64,000 nt of DNA from an uncultured Planctomycetaceae bacterium (GCA_963813715.1 CAWFAK010000009.1:224001-288000); one strand, 5' to 3'. Counted from the stretch's first letter, positions 46,630 to 58,239 are shown. Translations and numbers: made by a program. Notes: a model not told the origin generated them from the letters alone.

Positions 46630-47395
46630 ACTGATCCTGCTCGGCACGGGGACCAGCGTCGGCGTTCCGGTGATTGGCTGCCGGTGTCCGATCTGCACCT
46701 CGACGAATCCCCGCAACCAGCGCACCCGCACGGGCGTGTTCGTCCCGGCTCCAGAAGGAAATTTCCTGATCGACACCTCGCCCGAGCTGCGGCTGCAGCT
46801 CCTGCGCGAGAAGGTCGAGCTAGTGCACGCGGCCATCTTCACGCACAGCCACGCCGACCACATCTTCGGGCTCGACGATCTGCGAATCTTCGGTTACCGG
46901 CTCGACCGGGACATCGGCCTTTACTGCGAGCCGATTGTCGAGCAGCAAATTCGCGCGGCCTTCAGCTACGCGTTCGCCCCGGCCGATCCCGACGCCCACC
47001 ATTTTGCCGTCCCCAAGTTCGCCATCAAGCCGATGTCGACGGAGCCCTTCAACCTCCTGGGGCAAACCGTCCGGCCGATCCGCCTGATGCATGGCAAGCT
47101 GCCGATCTTGGGATTTCGGCTCAACGACGTGGCCTACTGCACGGACGTGAGCGCCATCCCCGACGAGAGCTGGCCGCTTCTGGAAGGCTTGGAGACGCTG
47201 GTGATCGACGCGCTTCGCGATCATCCGCATCCGACGCACTTCAGCGTTGGCCAGGCGCTCGAAGCCATCGAGCGGGTCAAGCCGCGCCGGGCGTACTTCA
47301 CGCACGTCTCCCACTCGCTCGAATACGAAGCGACCAACGCCCGGCTGCCCGACGGCGTCGAACTCTCCTACGACGGCCAGCGCATCGAATTCTGA
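46619..47395 (+). CDS. MBL-fold metallo-hydrolase (PhnP-like)
   Basis: LGTGTSVGVPVIGCRCPIC, THSHADHIFGLDD, AYCTD, THVSH. Confidence 0.93.
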   Translation: MRRELILLGTGTSVGVPVIGCRCPICTSTNPRNQRTRTGVFVPAPEGNFLIDTSPELRLQLLREKVELVHAAIFTHSHADHIFGLDDLRIFGYRLDRDIGLYCEPIVEQQIRAAFSYAFAPADPDAHHFAVPKFAIKPMSTEPFNLLGQTVRPIRLMHGKLPILGFRLNDVAYCTDVSAIPDESWPLLEGLETLVIDALRDHPHPTHFSVGQALEAIERVKPRRAYFTHVSHSLEYEATNARLPDGVELSYDGQRIEF

Positions 47396-47465
47396 CTACC
47401 ACGGCGACGAACCGGCGAGCCCTGCGACGAACGCTTACAGGATCTGGCGACGGTTTGGCATCGCG

Positions 47466-48342
47466 TCACTCCTCGCCGCCGGACACGGACAGCCTGGCGG
47501 CCTTCAACGTGTTGGCGAGCAGCATGGCAATGGTCATCTTGCCGACGCCGCCGGGCACCGGCGTGATAGCCGACGCGACCTCGCATACGGGCTCGAAATC
47601 AACGTCGCCCACCAGCTTGTCCGCCACGCGGTTGATGCCCACGTCGATCACCACGGCCCCCGGCTTGACCATGTCGGCCGTCACGAACCGGGGAGATCCG
47701 ATGGCGGCGATCAGGATGTCCGCCCGCCGAGTGACGTCCGCCAGGTTCTTCGTGCGGCTGTGGCAGATCGTGACCGTCGCGTCCGCCGCGGTTCCCTTTT
47801 GGATCAGCATCAACGCCATGGGCTTACCCACGATCTCGCTGCGACCCAGCACCACGACTTCGGCTCCCGCGATGGTCGTCTGCGATTCGAGCAACAATCG
47901 CTGAATGCCGTGCGGCGTGCAGGGCAAGAAGCGGGGACGCCCCTGCACTATCCGGCCGACGTTCTCGGGATGAAACGCGTCGACGTCCTTGAGCGGCGAG
48001 ACGGCATCGAGCACTCGCTGCGGGCGGATTTGCTTGGGAAGCGGCAGCTGCACGAGGATGCCGTGCACGTCCGGATCGGCATTACAGCGGGCGACGAGCT
48101 CCAGTAGCTCGGCCTCGGCTCGTCGTCGCCGCGAGCCGATGCAGCGTGCTCTTGAGTCCCGCTTGCTCGCAAGCCTTTTGTTTGCCGCGGACGTAAGTGG
48201 CGCTGGCCGGATCTTCGCCGACCAGGATGGCGACCAGGTGCGGCACGACGCCTGTTCGCTCGCGCAGCTCGGCCACCTGGGCGGCAACTTCGGCTTGCAC
48301 CTTCGCGGCAATGGCCTTGCCGTCAATAATTCGGGCGGTCAC
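47466..48342 (-). CDS. folD: Methylenetetrahydrofolate dehydrogenase/cyclohydrolase (frameshift near 48125)
   Basis: [50 protein letters not shown]. Confidence 0.96.
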
Positions 48343-48355
48343 GGTGAGGTCTCTT

Positions 48356-48901
48356 TCATTCGGCCGGCAGACTCCACGGCAGTGCGTGCCAGACCTTGAG
48401 CGTCAGCCACAGGGCCAGCCCCGCGTAGATCGCCGCCATCACGTCGTCGATCATGATGCCGAGCCCCCCAGGAAACCGCTCGAGACGGCGAACCGGCCAC
48501 GGCTTGGCGATGTCAAAGATTCGGAACCAGATAAACCCCAGGATTGCCGTTGAGAACGTCATCCGTTCCAGCAAGAATACAATAGGGACGGCCGCAATCT
48601 CATCGAAGACGACCGAGCCGGGATCCTTCTTATCGAAGAGGCGAGCGGCACGGTCGCAGAGGGGAATTCCGGCCAGAAAAATCGCCACGATTGCGGCAAT
48701 TTGGACTGCCAGCGGCCAGCCGGAGCGGTCCAGTCCCCACGCCAGGGGCAACCCCAGCAACGTACCGAAAGTTCCCGGCATGACCGGCACGAAACCGATG
48801 CCCAGTCCGGTCGCCAGAATGAGAACCGTTTGATCCCAAAGACTGTGAGAGCGCAACTGCAAATCTGTCGCCCGCCTCAGCCGTGACCACCTATCGTCCA
48901 A
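48356..48901 (-). CDS. pgpA: Phosphatidylglycerophosphatase A (start uncertain)
   Basis: PGTFGT, DPGSVVFDE, FRIFDIAKPWP, GIMIDD. Confidence 0.93.
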   Translation of the reverse strand: MDDRWSRLRRATDLQLRSHSLWDQTVLILATGLGIGFVPVMPGTFGTLLGLPLAWGLDRSGWPLAVQIAAIVAIFLAGIPLCDRAARLFDKKDPGSVVFDEIAAVPIVFLLERMTFSTAILGFIWFRIFDIAKPWPVRRLERFPGGLGIMIDDVMAAIYAGLALWLTLKVWHALPWSLPAE

Positions 48902-49006
48902 CGGCCCGCCTAACTATACTCGGTCCCGCGCGGAGCGGCCACACGCCGCTCACTCTTACGCTGTGCTGCGACAGCTCCGCGCGACCGTTCCCCGTCGGAG
49001 CGATTC

Positions 49007-50794
49007 ATGTCCGCGTCTGATGTTCCCACCTCCGCCTCTGCCCCCGTCCCAGCCCCTGCTTCTGGCGCCGCGCACGAGCCCAAGTTCACCAAAGAGGAGT
49101 TCCTCAAAGAGGGGAGCTGCCAGCTTCGTGGCACCATCGCCCAAGAACTGCGGGACGACTGCGACAACTTCATCGAAGACAACGCCAAGCTGCTCAAGCA
49201 TCACGGCACTTATCAGCAGGATGACAAGGACCACCGCAAAGAGAAGAACGCCGACGGCACCCGCAAGGGCAAGGCGTACATGTTCATGGTCCGCACCCGC
49301 ATCCCCGGCGGAAAAGTGACTGCCGACCAGCTCCTCGCCGAGCTGGACCTGTGCGAGCGCTACGGTAACGGCACGCTGCGGATCACATCGCGGCAGGGGC
49401 TGCAGCTGCACGGCGTTGTGAAAGAGCACCTGCGGGAGACGATTCGCGGCATCAACCACACGATGCTCACCACGTTGGCCGCCTGCGGCGACGTCGAGCG
49501 GAACGTGATGTGTTGCCCGGCTCCGTACGCGAACAATCCCGTGCGCCGCGAAATGCAGGAAATGGCCGACCGCGTGGCCGAACACCTCAAACCGCGGACA
49601 ACCGCATATTACGACATCTGGCTGAAGGACGACGCCGGCAACGAGATCGACGCCACCGAATTCAAGCCGGTGGACGAGCCCATCTACGGTGCCCGTTACC
49701 TGCCGCGGAAATTCAAAACGGCCTTCGCCCTGCCCGAGGACAATTGCGTCGAGATCTACTCCAACGATCTGGGCTTTTTGGCAATCGTCGAGAAGGAAAA
49801 AATCGTCGGCTACAACGTATTGGTCGGCGGCGGCATGGGCGTGACGCCCAGCGCCCACAAGACGTTTCCCGCAGTGGCTCAGCGGCTGGCCTTCGTACCG
49901 CCGGAGCAAGTCGTCGGGGTGGCCGAAGCCATCGTTAAAGTGCAGCGCGACTTTGGCAACCGCGAGGACCGCAAGGTCGCCCGCCTCAAGTACCTGATTC
50001 ACAACTGGGGCGTTCCCGCCTTCAAGGAGAAGGTCGAAGAATACTTCGGCCACGTCCTCGCCGATCCGCATCCCACCAACGTCACAGACGTTGACGATCA
50101 CCTGGGCTGGCACGAACAGGGAGACGGCCGGCTGTTTTTGGGAGTGAACGTCGAATGCGGCCGCCTCAAAGACGAAGGCGATCTCCGCGTCAAATCGGCC
50201 GTGCGGCTCCTGCTGGAGAAGTACCAGGTCCGCTGCCGGCTCACGCCGATGCAATCGCTGATCTTCTGCGATCTCGCGCCGAGCGAGCGGTCGAACATCG
50301 AACGCATTCTCATCGATCATGGCGTCAAGCCGGCGCCGGAGTTGTCGCCCCTGCGACGGCTGGCCATCGCTTGCCCGGCCTTTCCGACCTGCGGGCTGTC
50401 GATCACCGAATCGGAACGGGTGATGCCTGAACTCGTCACCCTGATCGAGGCGGAGCTGGCCCGCCTAGGGATGCCGCAGGAGCGGATCGCCACGCACATG
50501 ACCGGCTGCCCCAACGGCTGTGCGCGGCCCTATACACCGGACATCGGCTTCGTCGGCAAGACGCTGGGCAAGTACACGATCTACGTGGGCGGCAATCTCA
50601 CCGGCTCGCGACTGGCGTTCATTTACAAGGACCTGGTGCCCTTCGACGACCTCGTCCCGTCACTCGTTCCGCTGTTGACCCAATTCAAGAACGGGCGGCA
50701 GAACGGCGAATCGTTCGGCGACTTCTGCCAGCGGCTGGGAAAAGAGGCGGTCGGCGACCTGGGCGAGAGCGCGGCTGCCCCCGCGAACGCATGA
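49007..50794 (+). CDS. Siroheme sulfite reductase hemoprotein (CysI/Sir-like)
   Basis: KHHGTYQQD, RITSRQ, ACGDVERNV, YLPRKFK, ACPAFPTCG, MTGCPNGCAR. Confidence 0.93.
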   Translation: MSASDVPTSASAPVPAPASGAAHEPKFTKEEFLKEGSCQLRGTIAQELRDDCDNFIEDNAKLLKHHGTYQQDDKDHRKEKNADGTRKGKAYMFMVRTRIPGGKVTADQLLAELDLCERYGNGTLRITSRQGLQLHGVVKEHLRETIRGINHTMLTTLAACGDVERNVMCCPAPYANNPVRREMQEMADRVAEHLKPRTTAYYDIWLKDDAGNEIDATEFKPVDEPIYGARYLPRKFKTAFALPEDNCVEIYSNDLGFLAIVEKEKIVGYNVLVGGGMGVTPSAHKTFPAVAQRLAFVPPEQVVGVAEAIVKVQRDFGNREDRKVARLKYLIHNWGVPAFKEKVEEYFGHVLADPHPTNVTDVDDHLGWHEQGDGRLFLGVNVECGRLKDEGDLRVKSAVRLLLEKYQVRCRLTPMQSLIFCDLAPSERSNIERILIDHGVKPAPELSPLRRLAIACPAFPTCGLSITESERVMPELVTLIEAELARLGMPQERIATHMTGCPNGCARPYTPDIGFVGKTLGKYTIYVGGNLTGSRLAFIYKDLVPFDDLVPSLVPLLTQFKNGRQNGESFGDFCQRLGKEAVGDLGESAAAPANA

Positions 50795-52439
50795 CCTCAC
50801 AAGTCTCCACGGCTAAACCGGGCTCGTCGCGGCAGGGTCGCACCTGGGAGTCGCTGCTCGAGTCGCTGCGCCATGACCGGGCGCAGATCGCGACCGGCGG
50901 CGGCCCCAAAGCCATCGAACGCCAGCACGAGAAGAAACGCCTCACGGCCCGCGAACGCGTCGCCCGTCTGATCGATGCCGACAGCACGTTCTTCGAGTTC
51001 GGCCGCTTCTCCGCGTGGGGCATGTACGGCGACTGGGGACCGGCGCCGGCGGCCAGCGTGCTCTGCGGCATCGGCATCGTCGCCGGTCGGCGGTTTATGC
51101 TCGTCGTCAACGACGCAACGGTGAAGGCCGGTTCGTTCTTCCCGATGACGGTGAAGAAGGTGCTCCGGCGCAGCGGATCGCGCTCACCAACCGGCTGCCG
51201 CTGATTTACCTCGTCGATTCGGCCGGTGTGATGCTGCCTCTGCAAGAAGACGTCTTTCCCGACGAAGACGACTTCGGCCGCATCTTTCGCAACAACGCCG
51301 TTTTGTCGGCCCTGGGAGTGCCGCAGATCTCGGCCATCATGGGCAACTGCGTGGCTGGCGGCGGCTATCTCCCGGTGCTCTGCGACAAGCTGATCATGAC
51401 CGAGGGTTCGGGGCTTTATCTCGCCGGGCCGGCGCTGGTCAAAAGCGCCATCGGGCAGGACGTCGGCCACGAAGAGCTGGGCGGCGCCAAGATGCATGCG
51501 GCAATCAGCGGCACCATCGACTTCCGCGAGCCGGATGACGACGCGGCCATCACGCGGGTGCGCGCCCTGGCCGCGATGCTGCCCATCGATCCGCGAGCGT
51601 CGCAGTTTCGCCGCGAAACGCCAATCGCGCCGGCCCGCCCGGGCGAGGACATCTATCAGATCGTCTCACCCGAACGGCAGCAGTCGCACGAAGTCCGCGA
51701 CCTGCTCACTTGTCTGGTCGATGCGGGGACGTTTCAGGAGTACAAGGCCGACTATGGCCGCACGGTTGTCTGCGGCTACGCGCGGATCGGCGGCTTTGAC
51801 GTCGGCATCCTGGCCAACCAGCATCATCCCGAAAAGACCCCTCGCGAGGGGCTGCAATACGGCGGCGTGATCTACCACGACAGCGCCGACAAGATGGCCC
51901 GCTTCATCATGGACTGCAACCAGACCTGGACGCCGCTGGTTTTTCTGCAGGACGTCTCCGGCTTTATGGTCGGCCGGGACTCGGAGCAGTCGGGCATCAT
52001 TCGCGCGGGGGCGAAGGTGGTCAACGCCATCTCCAACAGCCGCGTCCCCAAGCTGACCGTAGTTTTGGGCGGCAGCTACGGGGCGGGAAACTACGCGATG
52101 TGCGGCAAGGCCTTCGATCCGCGTTTCATCTTCGCCTGGCCCACGGCCGAGTACGCCGTCATGGGCTCGGCTCAGGCCGCGTCGACGCTCTTGGACGTGA
52201 ACATTGCCGCGATGAAGCGGCGAGGCCATGCCGTCGACGCCGCCGAGCTGGAAGAAATCCGCCGCAAGGTGACCGAGGCGTACGACGCCTGTCTCGATCC
52301 GCGTTATTCAGCGGCCCGCGGCTGGGTCGACGAAATCATCGAGCCGGCCAAGACCCGGGACACGCTGATCGAAGCCCTCGAAGTCGCCACCCGCCACGCT
52401 GACGACGAGCCCTTCCGCACCGGCGTGCTGCAGGTTTAG
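50791..52439 (+). CDS. Acyl-CoA carboxylase carboxyltransferase (beta) subunit (frameshift near 51168)
   Basis: LTARER, NDATVKAG, GNCVAGGGY, EELGG, DVSGFMVG, SYGAGNYAMCG. Confidence 0.92.
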
Positions 52440-52465
52440 ACCGGTTCACCGCCGTTCTAAAGCGG

Positions 52466-53056
52466 TCAGTCCTGCGCGAGCGGACGGTCCTTTTCGCTCT
52501 TCGTGTCGGCTGCAAAGCTCGTGCGGAACGCGTCGAGGTTGGCGGCAACCGTCTTTTCGGGGCCGGTCAGCCGGATGAAGTAGTTGCCTTCCTTCGTGGT
52601 GAGAATCACGCTCAGCGCGCGGGCCTTGGGCATCTCCTGCGTCCGCTGCTGGACCATCGGACCGATCGGCTTGTTCCACGTTCCCTGCAGATCCAGGAAG
52701 ACGTATTCCCCCTGCGGCGATTTCCCCGAGGTGGCCTTGGCTTTGCGGCCCGGCGGCTGGAACGATTTCACCCAGCGCTGAATGTTGGGATCGACGCCGC
52801 CCCCTCCTCCGTCGAAGTAGTAAACGACGAAATCGGCGTCCTCTGAATCGCCCTCGACCTTCGGCACCTTCATCTGGGCCTTGCGGAAGCGGCTGCTCAC
52901 TTCCTCTTTGTGCCAGCTTTCCGGCACGGTCAGGCTCAGGTCGCCGGCTTTGATTGTCTTGGTGTTGTCGGCAGCCCGCGCCGGCACTCCGTAAGCCAGG
53001 AGCAAACCGGCGAAGGCAAACGCGGCCACAGATGCAAATCGGGGTCGAACGGGCAT
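52466..53056 (-). CDS. Secreted hypothetical protein
   Basis: Signal peptide (..PARAA); GGGVDPNIQRW and YFIRLTGP motifs. Confidence 0.75.
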   Translation of the reverse strand: MPVRPRFASVAAFAFAGLLLAYGVPARAADNTKTIKAGDLSLTVPESWHKEEVSSRFRKAQMKVPKVEGDSEDADFVVYYFDGGGGGVDPNIQRWVKSFQPPGRKAKATSGKSPQGEYVFLDLQGTWNKPIGPMVQQRTQEMPKARALSVILTTKEGNYFIRLTGPEKTVAANLDAFRTSFAADTKSEKDRPLAQD

Positions 53057-53194
53057 CGAGAAGCTCCTCGGCGGAGGGATCAGTCGGAACGGGCGGCGGC
53101 CAACGTCTGCATTTTCAAAGATCGAACCGCCGAATGCAAACGCCAGCGCCAAAGAGCCGCTAGAGCCGACGAGGGGCGACAAACGGCCGGACGC

Positions 53195-54913
53195 TTACTT
53201 CCGCGTCAGCAGCTTCTTGAATTCCTTGAACGGCCGCGTGTTGGCCACGTCTTTCTTTTCCAGGCCGGCCCGGCGGGCCTGGTAGACGCCGTATTGCATC
53301 AGGTCGAACCCCGTGACGCTGTGGCTGTCGGTGCTGATGACGATGGGAATGCCCAGGTCGCGGGCCGCCGCCGCATGCACGTCGTCGAGGTCGAGGCGGT
53401 TGGGGTGGGCATTGATCTCCATCATCGTGCCGTGATCGGCGGCCGCCTTCAGGATCTCGTCGAAGGCAACGTCGGCTCCGGGCCGCTTGCCGACGAGGCG
53501 TCCCGTCGGGTGGCCGATGCAATCGACATGCGGGTTGGTAATCGCTGTCAGCAGCCGCTTGGTGATCTGCTGTCGCGGCTGCTTGAGGCCGTAATGCAAC
53601 ACGGCCAGCACCCAGTCGGCTTCTGCGAGCACTTCGTCGTCGAGATCGAGCGTGGCGTCCTCGAGGATGTCGCACTCGATGCCGCAGAGCACCTCGATCC
53701 CCGAGACTTTCGCTCGAATTTTGGCGATCTCTTTCCAGTGCGCCCGCAGGCGAGTCGCATCGAGACCGTTGGCCATCGAGACCCGCTTGGAGTGATCGGT
53801 GATGGCAATGTATTCGAGGCCGCGCGCCTTGGCCGCGTCGATCATTTCCCGGATCGTCGCCGTCCCGTCGGTGACGGTCGTGTGCATGTGCAGATCGCCG
53901 CGGAGGTCGGACAGTTCGAGCAGATGCGGCAGGTCGCCGGCGGCCGCCCGCTCGATTTCGCCCCGGTTCTCCCGCAGCTCGGGCGGAATCCAGGGGAGAT
54001 CGACGGTCCGATAGACTTCTTCCTCCGTGCGGCCGGCTACCAGCGTATCGTCGCGAAAGACGCCGTATTCGTTCAGCTTGAGCCCGCGGTCGAGGGCCCG
54101 CCGCCGGATCACGATATTGTGCTCTTTCGACCCGGTGAAATACTGCATCGCCGCGCCGTACGACTCGTCCGGCACCACCCGCAGGTCCATTTCGATCCCC
54201 GAGCGCAGCCGCACCCGCTGCTTGGTCTCGCCGCGCGCCAGAACGCGCTCGACGAGCGGGTGGGCGGCCAGCTGGTCCATCGCCTCGGCCGAGTTCTTCG
54301 CCGTGGCTAGCACGTCGAGGTCGCCGACCGATTCCTTGAGACGGCGGCCGCTCCCCGCCAGGGTCGCCTGCGTCACCGACTTGAGTTTGAGCAGGTCCGC
54401 GACGATCGCGTCCGCCTCCGGCTTCACTTCGCCCAGCAAAAACCGCTTGCCCGCCGCGGACGCCTGTTCAATTCCGGCCAGGATCGTCTCTTCGGTCTTC
54501 TTGCCGAATCCCTTGAGCTTGGCGATCTGGCCCGATTGGGCGGCCTGCCGCAGATCGTCCAGCGATTGGATCGAGAGTTCTTTGAACAGTGTGGCAACCT
54601 TCTTCGGCCCCAAGCCGCCGATCCGCAGCATCGCGACGACGCCGGCCGGCACTTCTCGGCGAGCCTCTTCGAGCTGCGGCAACTGCCCGGTCTTGAGGAT
54701 GACGTCGATCTTGATCGCCAGGTCTTTGCCGATCCCCTGCAACTCTTCGAGCTTGCGCTCGGGGTCAGCAGCGATGTCGGCCAGAGATTCGGCCAGGTCG
54801 CCCAGCACGCGGGCCGCGTTGCGATAAGCCCGCACCCGGAACGGATTGGCCGCCTGAATTTCGAGGATGTCGGCGTAATCGTCGAACATCCGCGCGACTT
54901 CGGAGTTCTGCAT
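53195..54913 (-). CDS. polX: DNA polymerase X with PHP domain
   Basis: [43 protein letters not shown]. Confidence 0.96.
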   Translation of the reverse strand: MQNSEVARMFDDYADILEIQAANPFRVRAYRNAARVLGDLAESLADIAADPERKLEELQGIGKDLAIKIDVILKTGQLPQLEEARREVPAGVVAMLRIGGLGPKKVATLFKELSIQSLDDLRQAAQSGQIAKLKGFGKKTEETILAGIEQASAAGKRFLLGEVKPEADAIVADLLKLKSVTQATLAGSGRRLKESVGDLDVLATAKNSAEAMDQLAAHPLVERVLARGETKQRVRLRSGIEMDLRVVPDESYGAAMQYFTGSKEHNIVIRRRALDRGLKLNEYGVFRDDTLVAGRTEEEVYRTVDLPWIPPELRENRGEIERAAAGDLPHLLELSDLRGDLHMHTTVTDGTATIREMIDAAKARGLEYIAITDHSKRVSMANGLDATRLRAHWKEIAKIRAKVSGIEVLCGIECDILEDATLDLDDEVLAEADWVLAVLHYGLKQPRQQITKRLLTAITNPHVDCIGHPTGRLVGKRPGADVAFDEILKAAADHGTMMEINAHPNRLDLDDVHAAAARDLGIPIVISTDSHSVTGFDLMQYGVYQARRAGLEKKDVANTRPFKEFKKLLTRK

Positions 54914-54952
54914 GATCCGGATCCGGAATCGAACAGCCCAATGCGATCCGCA

Positions 54953-55113
54953 GGCGAGCGGCGGGTGTCAGCCCGCCGGTTCTCATTTGCCGGTGCTTGT
55001 TTTAGACGAAAACGGGGCGCGCTGCACGCCCGGAGCACCGCAGGTTCGTAAATGTCCGACGCAACTCGCGAAGGCGCAAATCAGAACCGGTGGGCTTACA
55101 CCCGCCGCTCGCC
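54953..55113. repeat. Inverted REP pair (REPIN-like)
   Basis: REP on - at 54953-54983 and on + at 55083-55113. Confidence 0.9.
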
Positions 55114-56295
55114 ACGGAGTGCGCCGAGGATGCCGTCGGTGGCGACCTCGTCGAGTCCCAGCGACTGTTTCAACTGGCGATACGCTTCCAGCGCCGCCCC
55201 TGCGCTTGGTCCGTCGGTCGCGGGACGTCGCACGGCACGCAGCAGCAGGTTTTTGGCCGTGTGCTCGAGCTCGATGAATTCGACCACCTGCGTTTTGTAA
55301 CCACAGGCTTCGAGGGCCTGGGCACGCAGGGCGTCAGTCGCCAGGCTGGCGAATTGCGCATGCAAAATTCCCTGATGATGCAGGGGGTCCAGTTGGGGCA
55401 TGTGAATCTTGGGAGCCAGCTCGTGCTGGCAGCAGGGGACGGCCAGGATGACGGCCGCCCGCCAGGCAACGGCCCGGGCTAGCGCGTCGTCGGTGGCCGT
55501 GTCGCAGGCGTGCAGGGAGACGGCCAGATCGACCGTCCCCTCCTCGGGCTCGTCGCCGATCTCGCCCACGCGAAACTCGAGCCCCGGGCAGCCGAGCTTC
55601 GCGGCGATCCGCCGGCAATCAGCAATCACGTCGGCTCGGCGATCGAGCCCCAAAATGTGCACCGACCGACCGTGCACGCGAGTGAGCAGGTGATAGAGCG
55701 CGAACGTGAGATAACTTTTCCCGCTGCCGAAGTCGACGACGCGGAGCGTCCCGTCGGCGGGCAAATCCGGGATCACGTCGTTCACCAATTCGAGGAAGCG
55801 GTTGATCTGGCGGAACTTGGATTGCTTCGCGGCTTTCACCTTGCCGGCCGGAGTCATCACGCCGATTTCGACGAGAAAAGGCGTCGGCTCGTGCTCGGGC
55901 AAGAGGTGCGCCTTTGCGCGGTTGTGCTCGAGCGGAACGGGCGTCCGCGTGGGACGGCCGCTACGAACGCGCAGCCGACCATCGGCCACCACGGAAACTT
56001 CCCAGTCGGCGTCGAGGGTGAAAACGTGGGCGCGACCGTACGAAGAGCCCAGCAACTCGCGGATTCGCCCGCCGGTGGCTGCCGGTGCCAGGTTCTCGTG
56101 CGTCTCGCGTCCGTCGGTCCGCGCGGCCCACTGATAAACGAGGGTCCCCTTCACCGTCGTCGGCCGCACCGTGAACCGCTCGGGACCGTCGCCCGCCCGT
56201 CGCTGACTGAGCGTCGTTCCCAGGCACGAGCCGTCGGTCAGCGCGGCGTCAAGCCGCTCCCAAAACTCGGATTCGCTGGAGCCGTTGGCGGTCAT
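55096..56295 (-). CDS. Class I SAM-dependent methyltransferase (Methyltransf_32-like)
   Basis: KFRQINRF, VVDFGSGKSYL, SLHACDTATD, PCCQHE, EHTAKN. Confidence 0.9.
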   Translation of the reverse strand: MTANGSSESEFWERLDAALTDGSCLGTTLSQRRAGDGPERFTVRPTTVKGTLVYQWAARTDGRETHENLAPAATGGRIRELLGSSYGRAHVFTLDADWEVSVVADGRLRVRSGRPTRTPVPLEHNRAKAHLLPEHEPTPFLVEIGVMTPAGKVKAAKQSKFRQINRFLELVNDVIPDLPADGTLRVVDFGSGKSYLTFALYHLLTRVHGRSVHILGLDRRADVIADCRRIAAKLGCPGLEFRVGEIGDEPEEGTVDLAVSLHACDTATDDALARAVAWRAAVILAVPCCQHELAPKIHMPQLDPLHHQGILHAQFASLATDALRAQALEACGYKTQVVEFIELEHTAKNLLLRAVRRPATDGPSAGAALEAYRQLKQSLGLDEVATDGILGALRGERRV

Positions 56296-56918
56296 CGGCA
56301 AACCGCCTCGACGATCTCGTTCGCGAGGGCCGACATCTGCTTGTTGAACGCGGCGCGGTCGCCCAGCGGCTTGATCCGCAGCATGAGGTTGTTGGGGCGC
56401 CCCACAGCCCACCCCGCAAATGTCTGGCGAATCGTGCGGATCGACCGCCGCCCGAAGAAGAACGATCCGGGATGATCCATCAACAAGAGCGGCAGGCGAT
56501 GGCCGTCATCCGGGCCGAGCACGGGCAGCTCGTGCCGGGAAACTTCGACCCGCATCGGCGAGCGGTACGCGCCCAGCGCCACGCCGCCGCGAAGCAGTTG
56601 CAGCGGCGCCCGCAGCAAGGCCCGCGTCGTCGAACGCGAGCGCGGCGAACTGTCGGCGGAGACCATGCGAATCTGCTCGGCGAACTGCGGTAGGAAGAAC
56701 AGCCCCCCTCCCGTCGCGTAAAGCTGGCCTCGATCGGGCAACGTCGCCCGCGAGAGCCGGACCGGGCCGAGGACCGCAATCAACGGGCCGATCGCCGCGG
56801 CGAGTTCCTCGATCGTCGGGTCGCCGGTGCGCAAGTCGATCGGGTAATCGCACTGCGGGCATTGCTCGGCGATCGGTTCGACCCAAGACAAGCATTGCTG
56901 GCACAAGACGAGCGCCAT
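56292..56918 (-). CDS. Hypothetical protein with N-terminal zinc ribbon
   Basis: CQQC..CPQC; stop overlaps the methyltransferase start. Confidence 0.7.
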   Translation of the reverse strand: MALVLCQQCLSWVEPIAEQCPQCDYPIDLRTGDPTIEELAAAIGPLIAVLGPVRLSRATLPDRGQLYATGGGLFFLPQFAEQIRMVSADSSPRSRSTTRALLRAPLQLLRGGVALGAYRSPMRVEVSRHELPVLGPDDGHRLPLLLMDHPGSFFFGRRSIRTIRQTFAGWAVGRPNNLMLRIKPLGDRAAFNKQMSALANEIVEAVCR

Positions 56919-56979
56919 AGCATTGTCTCTTCTAACCACCCTTCTTGAGCATGGCAACGCCGAGTTTTCAGGGGACGCT

Positions 56980-57150
56980 CATGGACAAAAAACAAAAGAA
57001 ACAGCTCGACGCCGCCAAGACGCGGATGCAGAAATTGCGCCAACTGCTGGCCGGCGCCGCGATCAGCCGGACGATCCGCAAGAGATCACCCGTCTCAAGC
57101 AAGAAATTGCCGAGGTGGAGGCCCAGATTCATAAGCTGCACGCAAACTGA
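56980..57150 (+). CDS. Small coiled-coil hypothetical protein (frameshift near 57060)
   Basis: [10 protein letters not shown]...LLAGA joins [17 protein letters not shown]... in another frame. Confidence 0.55.
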   Translation, partial: HGQKTKETARRRQDADAEIAPTAGRRRDQPDDPQEITRLKQEIAEVEAQIHKLHAN

Positions 57151-57254
57151 AGGTTTCGTCACCGGCTCCTTGCTTCGCCCGACCAGCGCCCGCCGGACAG
57201 CCTCGGCGCACCCGAAATCGTGTTGTCACCGGCGCCTTTAAGGGAATCGGCTCC

Positions 57255-57722
57255 GTGGCCGGCTCGTTTCCGCCGACGATCATCATCGTTCACCCTCGCG
57301 AGAAGCGCTCGAAATGCACGGTCGAGTCGCTTCGGGGCCGCGACGGCTTTGCCTTTTGGACTTTTCCTGACCGCGGGCCCGAGCCGCTCGACGGCTATGT
57401 ACGGCTGGCCATGGAGGGCCCGGTGATTTCTGCTGCCGATGCCGACCGGGGCTTGCTCTTGCTCGACGGCACCTGGCGACTGGCTCAGCGGATGGAAAAA
57501 TTCTTTCGCGAGCTGCCGACCCGCAGCCTGCCGCCGATCCAGACCGCCTATCCCCGGATGTCGCGAATCAAACCCGATCCGGCAGGGGGCCTGGCGACCG
57601 TCGAGGCACTGTACGCGGCCTACCGACGATTGGGCCGAGCGTGCGACGGCCTGCTCGACGATTACCACTGGGCCGATCAATTCGTCGCCACGAACGAATG
57701 GGCGTGGTCCGCGACGACGTGA
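57255..57722 (+). CDS. DTW/Tsr3(DUF367)-like aminocarboxypropyl-transferase domain protein
   Basis: [32 protein letters not shown]. Confidence 0.7.
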   Translation: MAGSFPPTIIIVHPREKRSKCTVESLRGRDGFAFWTFPDRGPEPLDGYVRLAMEGPVISAADADRGLLLLDGTWRLAQRMEKFFRELPTRSLPPIQTAYPRMSRIKPDPAGGLATVEALYAAYRRLGRACDGLLDDYHWADQFVATNEWAWSATT

Positions 57723-57936
57723 AGGCGAAGGCCTTCCCAGGGGCGATGTGGGAGATTCACCCACAGTAATTTCAGAATGCTGCGTGCAGACTCTCGGGCA
57801 CGGGGCGCGTACAGATGATTGTTCGCTCGCGCGGTCGCGCCGGACACTGTCGAATTGCTCGGCAAAGGGCATGAGGCGGCCGTGCGCGACGCGTGTCGCA
57901 TCGGTGCGAGCAGGAGAAGGAAAGAGATCGGAGCTC

Positions 57937-58173
57937 ATGAGTACGGACATCTCGCCCCAGGCTGAACGACATTGGGAAACCCTCGTTCGAGCCGATCTGC
58001 GGCTAGCCCCCTACACGGAGCTGGCGCGCGTGACTTGCACACTGCGAGACGGCGTGCTGACTCTCAACGGGTGTGTTTCCTCGTATTACCTCAAGCAGAT
58101 CGCCCAGCGGATCGTTCTTGACCGGCTCGAGAGAAGGGCAACCGTCGTCAACGAGCTGGAGGTCGAATCCTAA
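57937..58173 (+). CDS. Small BON-domain-like protein
   Basis: DGVLTLNGCVSSYYLKQIAQ...VVNELEV. Confidence 0.75.
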   Translation: MSTDISPQAERHWETLVRADLRLAPYTELARVTCTLRDGVLTLNGCVSSYYLKQIAQRIVLDRLERRATVVNELEVES

Positions 58174-58239
58174 CACGCCGGAGTGTGGCCGCAGTCGACG
58201 CGAACGAAGCGGCGGACGGCCAAAATCAGGAAACCTGCG

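Noticed and set aside
48956..50320. Long antisense ORFs (also 38543-39988, 29015-30151, 52910-54310, 58494-60029)
   Set aside because: Shadow frames of well-supported genes, expected in high-GC DNA.
50791..50794. ATGA overlap of sulfite reductase and carboxyltransferase as a new pathway
   Set aside because: Translational coupling alone does not support a shared function.
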